A stretch of DNA of 63,544 nucleotides, counting the filler, from Lenisia limosa (Eukaryota > Protista > Breviatea): the NCBI GenBank assembly GCA_001655205.1. It is 13 parts of 13 records of this genome, joined end to end, with 100 filler letters (N's around TTAATTAATTAA, not from the genome) between each part and the next. Parts side by side here need not be neighbours in the genome. Positions count along the whole stretch, not along the records: positions 59,927 to 63,544 come from LPNZ01003713.1; 12 more parts are not named here. One strand, given 5' to 3'. A program made the translations under genes and the position numbers. Below are positions 61,724-63,544 of this stretch, piece after piece. Position 1 is the first letter of the stretch. Each line of letters opens with the position of its first letter. The notes under the pieces are model-generated. The model saw nothing but the letters and a program-made list of their open reading frames with translations. It had not been told where the DNA came from and did no database searches.

Positions 61724-63544
61724 ACTGAAGCACTAATTAGGTACAACAGCTACTGGAAAGAGAGAAAACGCTTGTAATGTTTTTGCTTTTATATCAATGT
61801 GTATTTATTTTGGGTACGAAATATTATATCAAGGAATGTTTTTTAGCAACCAAAAAGACGCTTGTAAATCAGGAATAATAAGAAGTACTATGATAATCAT
61901 CGAAGTATTTGCTCCAGGAGCAACAAAGAAGATCGCTGTGGAGCCAAAAGAACCATGCATGGTTCGTTTCGCCTTGCCCGCCTCCATATTTAATGTTCTT
62001 TAGCAAATCATTGAAAAGGTTGCCGTTAAGTTGGACTTAGTGAACACAGATATTTTTGGTCTACGAAGCTTCCGCCCAGCCTGTGCTCCTTTCCCCATTC
62101 CCCCTGCCCCTCGGCTTTATTCACTTCAGAAAACCATTGAGGAAGAAGGGATCCAGACAAACGCCAAGGTATCTCGTTCACTTAATCCCTGTTCTCCTCT
62201 CATATATCAAGATCGAGCTTTATATCAAGTACCTTGTACCAACAGATTTGCTGAAAAACTGCCCTGTCGCCTTGTCACTTTATTTTAAATATGTAAGAGG
62301 CTGTTGAGGTGTTTTTGCTAGCTATTTGGAAGAGGTTGTGTGGAGAGCATGGAAATCAACCTCAATTTTTTCCCCAAATGCTTGCACACAATTTAACATA
62401 TGGTTTGCCTTAGTTTTGCTGTTTTGTATCTGGATGAAGGCATAAACTCAACTGCCTTTTGGCCAGATACTATTCCCTTCTTTCTCCTTTTTACAAATGA
62501 TACTCTCCTTTATTGTTTCTCCTTTGCTTTCAAATTATTTCCCATTGCTACTACCCATTCTAAGACTCTCTCTTCAAGTAGTGGGTTGCTCCTGAGGGTT
62601 GCACTTGCATAATATTTCGCTTTCTACCTGTCTCCACTGTTTAATTTTAATACTATACTGTAAACAATAGTATTGTAATCTCATAAATGAAGTCCATAGT
62701 ATTATCATTGCATAATAATATTCCAGACAGGCCAAAATAGTGGCATTCATCATGATTGTCCTCCTTTTCCAAATCAATTTGGAACCATATAAGTAATATA
62801 TATAGTATACATACATATCTCGTATTGTATCAGATCATTGTAAATTTTTTTCAGAGGGTAATACGATTCGACTTTGATTATGACGAACCTGGTCACTGAA
62901 CATATACTAAATAACACTGGGTTGATCAGCTCAGCTTTCATGAGTTTATTTCATACAAGCATCGTGAATACATATAATGTGGAAAAAATATTTTTCATCG
63001 GAAATATTCGTGTTGATTGATAACCCGCCGGAAAAATCTGATAATGTTCAGAGTTGATAAGCAAATATTTCTTGATTCTTGATTAATGGGGGCAATAGTT
63101 CGCTTCTATTCTCTGCTATTGGGGCAATAATCCAATTATGTTTTCACTACTGAAGGTCCACAACGCGTTGATGAAGGGTGAATACCCGGTCTCAGAAGCT
63201 TATGGTAGGGTCGGGGGTAAACGGAGACTCTTTGGGCGTTAACGCATTTGATGAACCGAATAATCGAAACTCTAAACAAACAAAAAGTTTAGAATCGATT
63301 TCTCCTAAGAGATTTGTTCGGTTTTTGCTTTGTACCAAGATTCAATATTATATAGTATAACCTTTCATTTTGTTGATCAATACAATTCCGTGCAATGATT
63401 AATTGACAAAATTTGAGATTATAATGCAAAGGGAAATCGTGCAATATGACTAGAACACTTCGTTGACTGTATCTCACAGTGATCTGATGGGGTTTGAAGA
63501 GAACCACCTCAAAATCTCCATTAAGCAGACTCCTTTTTTTAACT

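Noticed and set aside
62850-63240. EF-hand-like gene at the window end (FDFDYDEPG / LSFHEFISY)
   Set aside because: Only short candidate exons with uncertain phasing; not enough support to call a feature.
1-63544. Functional gene cluster (e.g. IFT172 + CFAP65, or SF3B3 + RBM42)
   Set aside because: These genes lie on different contigs joined artificially, so their proximity carries no information.
1-63544. Non-standard genetic code
   Set aside because: Conserved exons contain no in-frame stops, and TAA (protease), TAG (fibrinogen-like gene) and TGA (DNAJC21) all appear as terminal stops.

Overview
Intron-rich, AT-rich eukaryotic genomic DNA, most likely from a flagellated protist (it carries IFT172 and CFAP65 homologs); I cannot name the organism. 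The window is not one locus. It is 13 short contigs joined by artificial ~100-nt N-TTAATTAATTAA-N linkers (near 2691, 8801, 12769, 19107, 24507, 26450, 30529, 36455, 44075, 50862, 55554, 59827), with further internal N gaps, so gene order across linkers means nothing. By manually splicing GT-AG exons I recognise partial or complete genes for IFT172, a CNNM/DUF21 transporter, a fibrinogen-like YCD...GW protein, a divergent G-protein alpha subunit, a choline-transporter-like protein, a CS-domain plus SEL1-repeat protein, DNAJC21/JJJ1, SRP9, a cathepsin D-like aspartic protease, RBM42, a TmcB-like protein, CFAP65 and SF3B3, plus several orphans. All three standard stop codons are used as terminators. 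Introns are heavily colonised by DNA transposons: a full-length but dead Tc1 (DD34E), a pogo-like relic, a fold-back element and at least four MITE families, three of them TA-flanked. The most unusual signals are a 3-nt microexon encoding the Thr of the protease catalytic D-T-G motif, a sense-oriented repeat family that forms the 3' end of introns in unrelated genes (Introner-like), and a pervasive 5' G-run / 3' C-run intron architecture. All protein family assignments come from manual translation and remembered family motifs, not from database searches.
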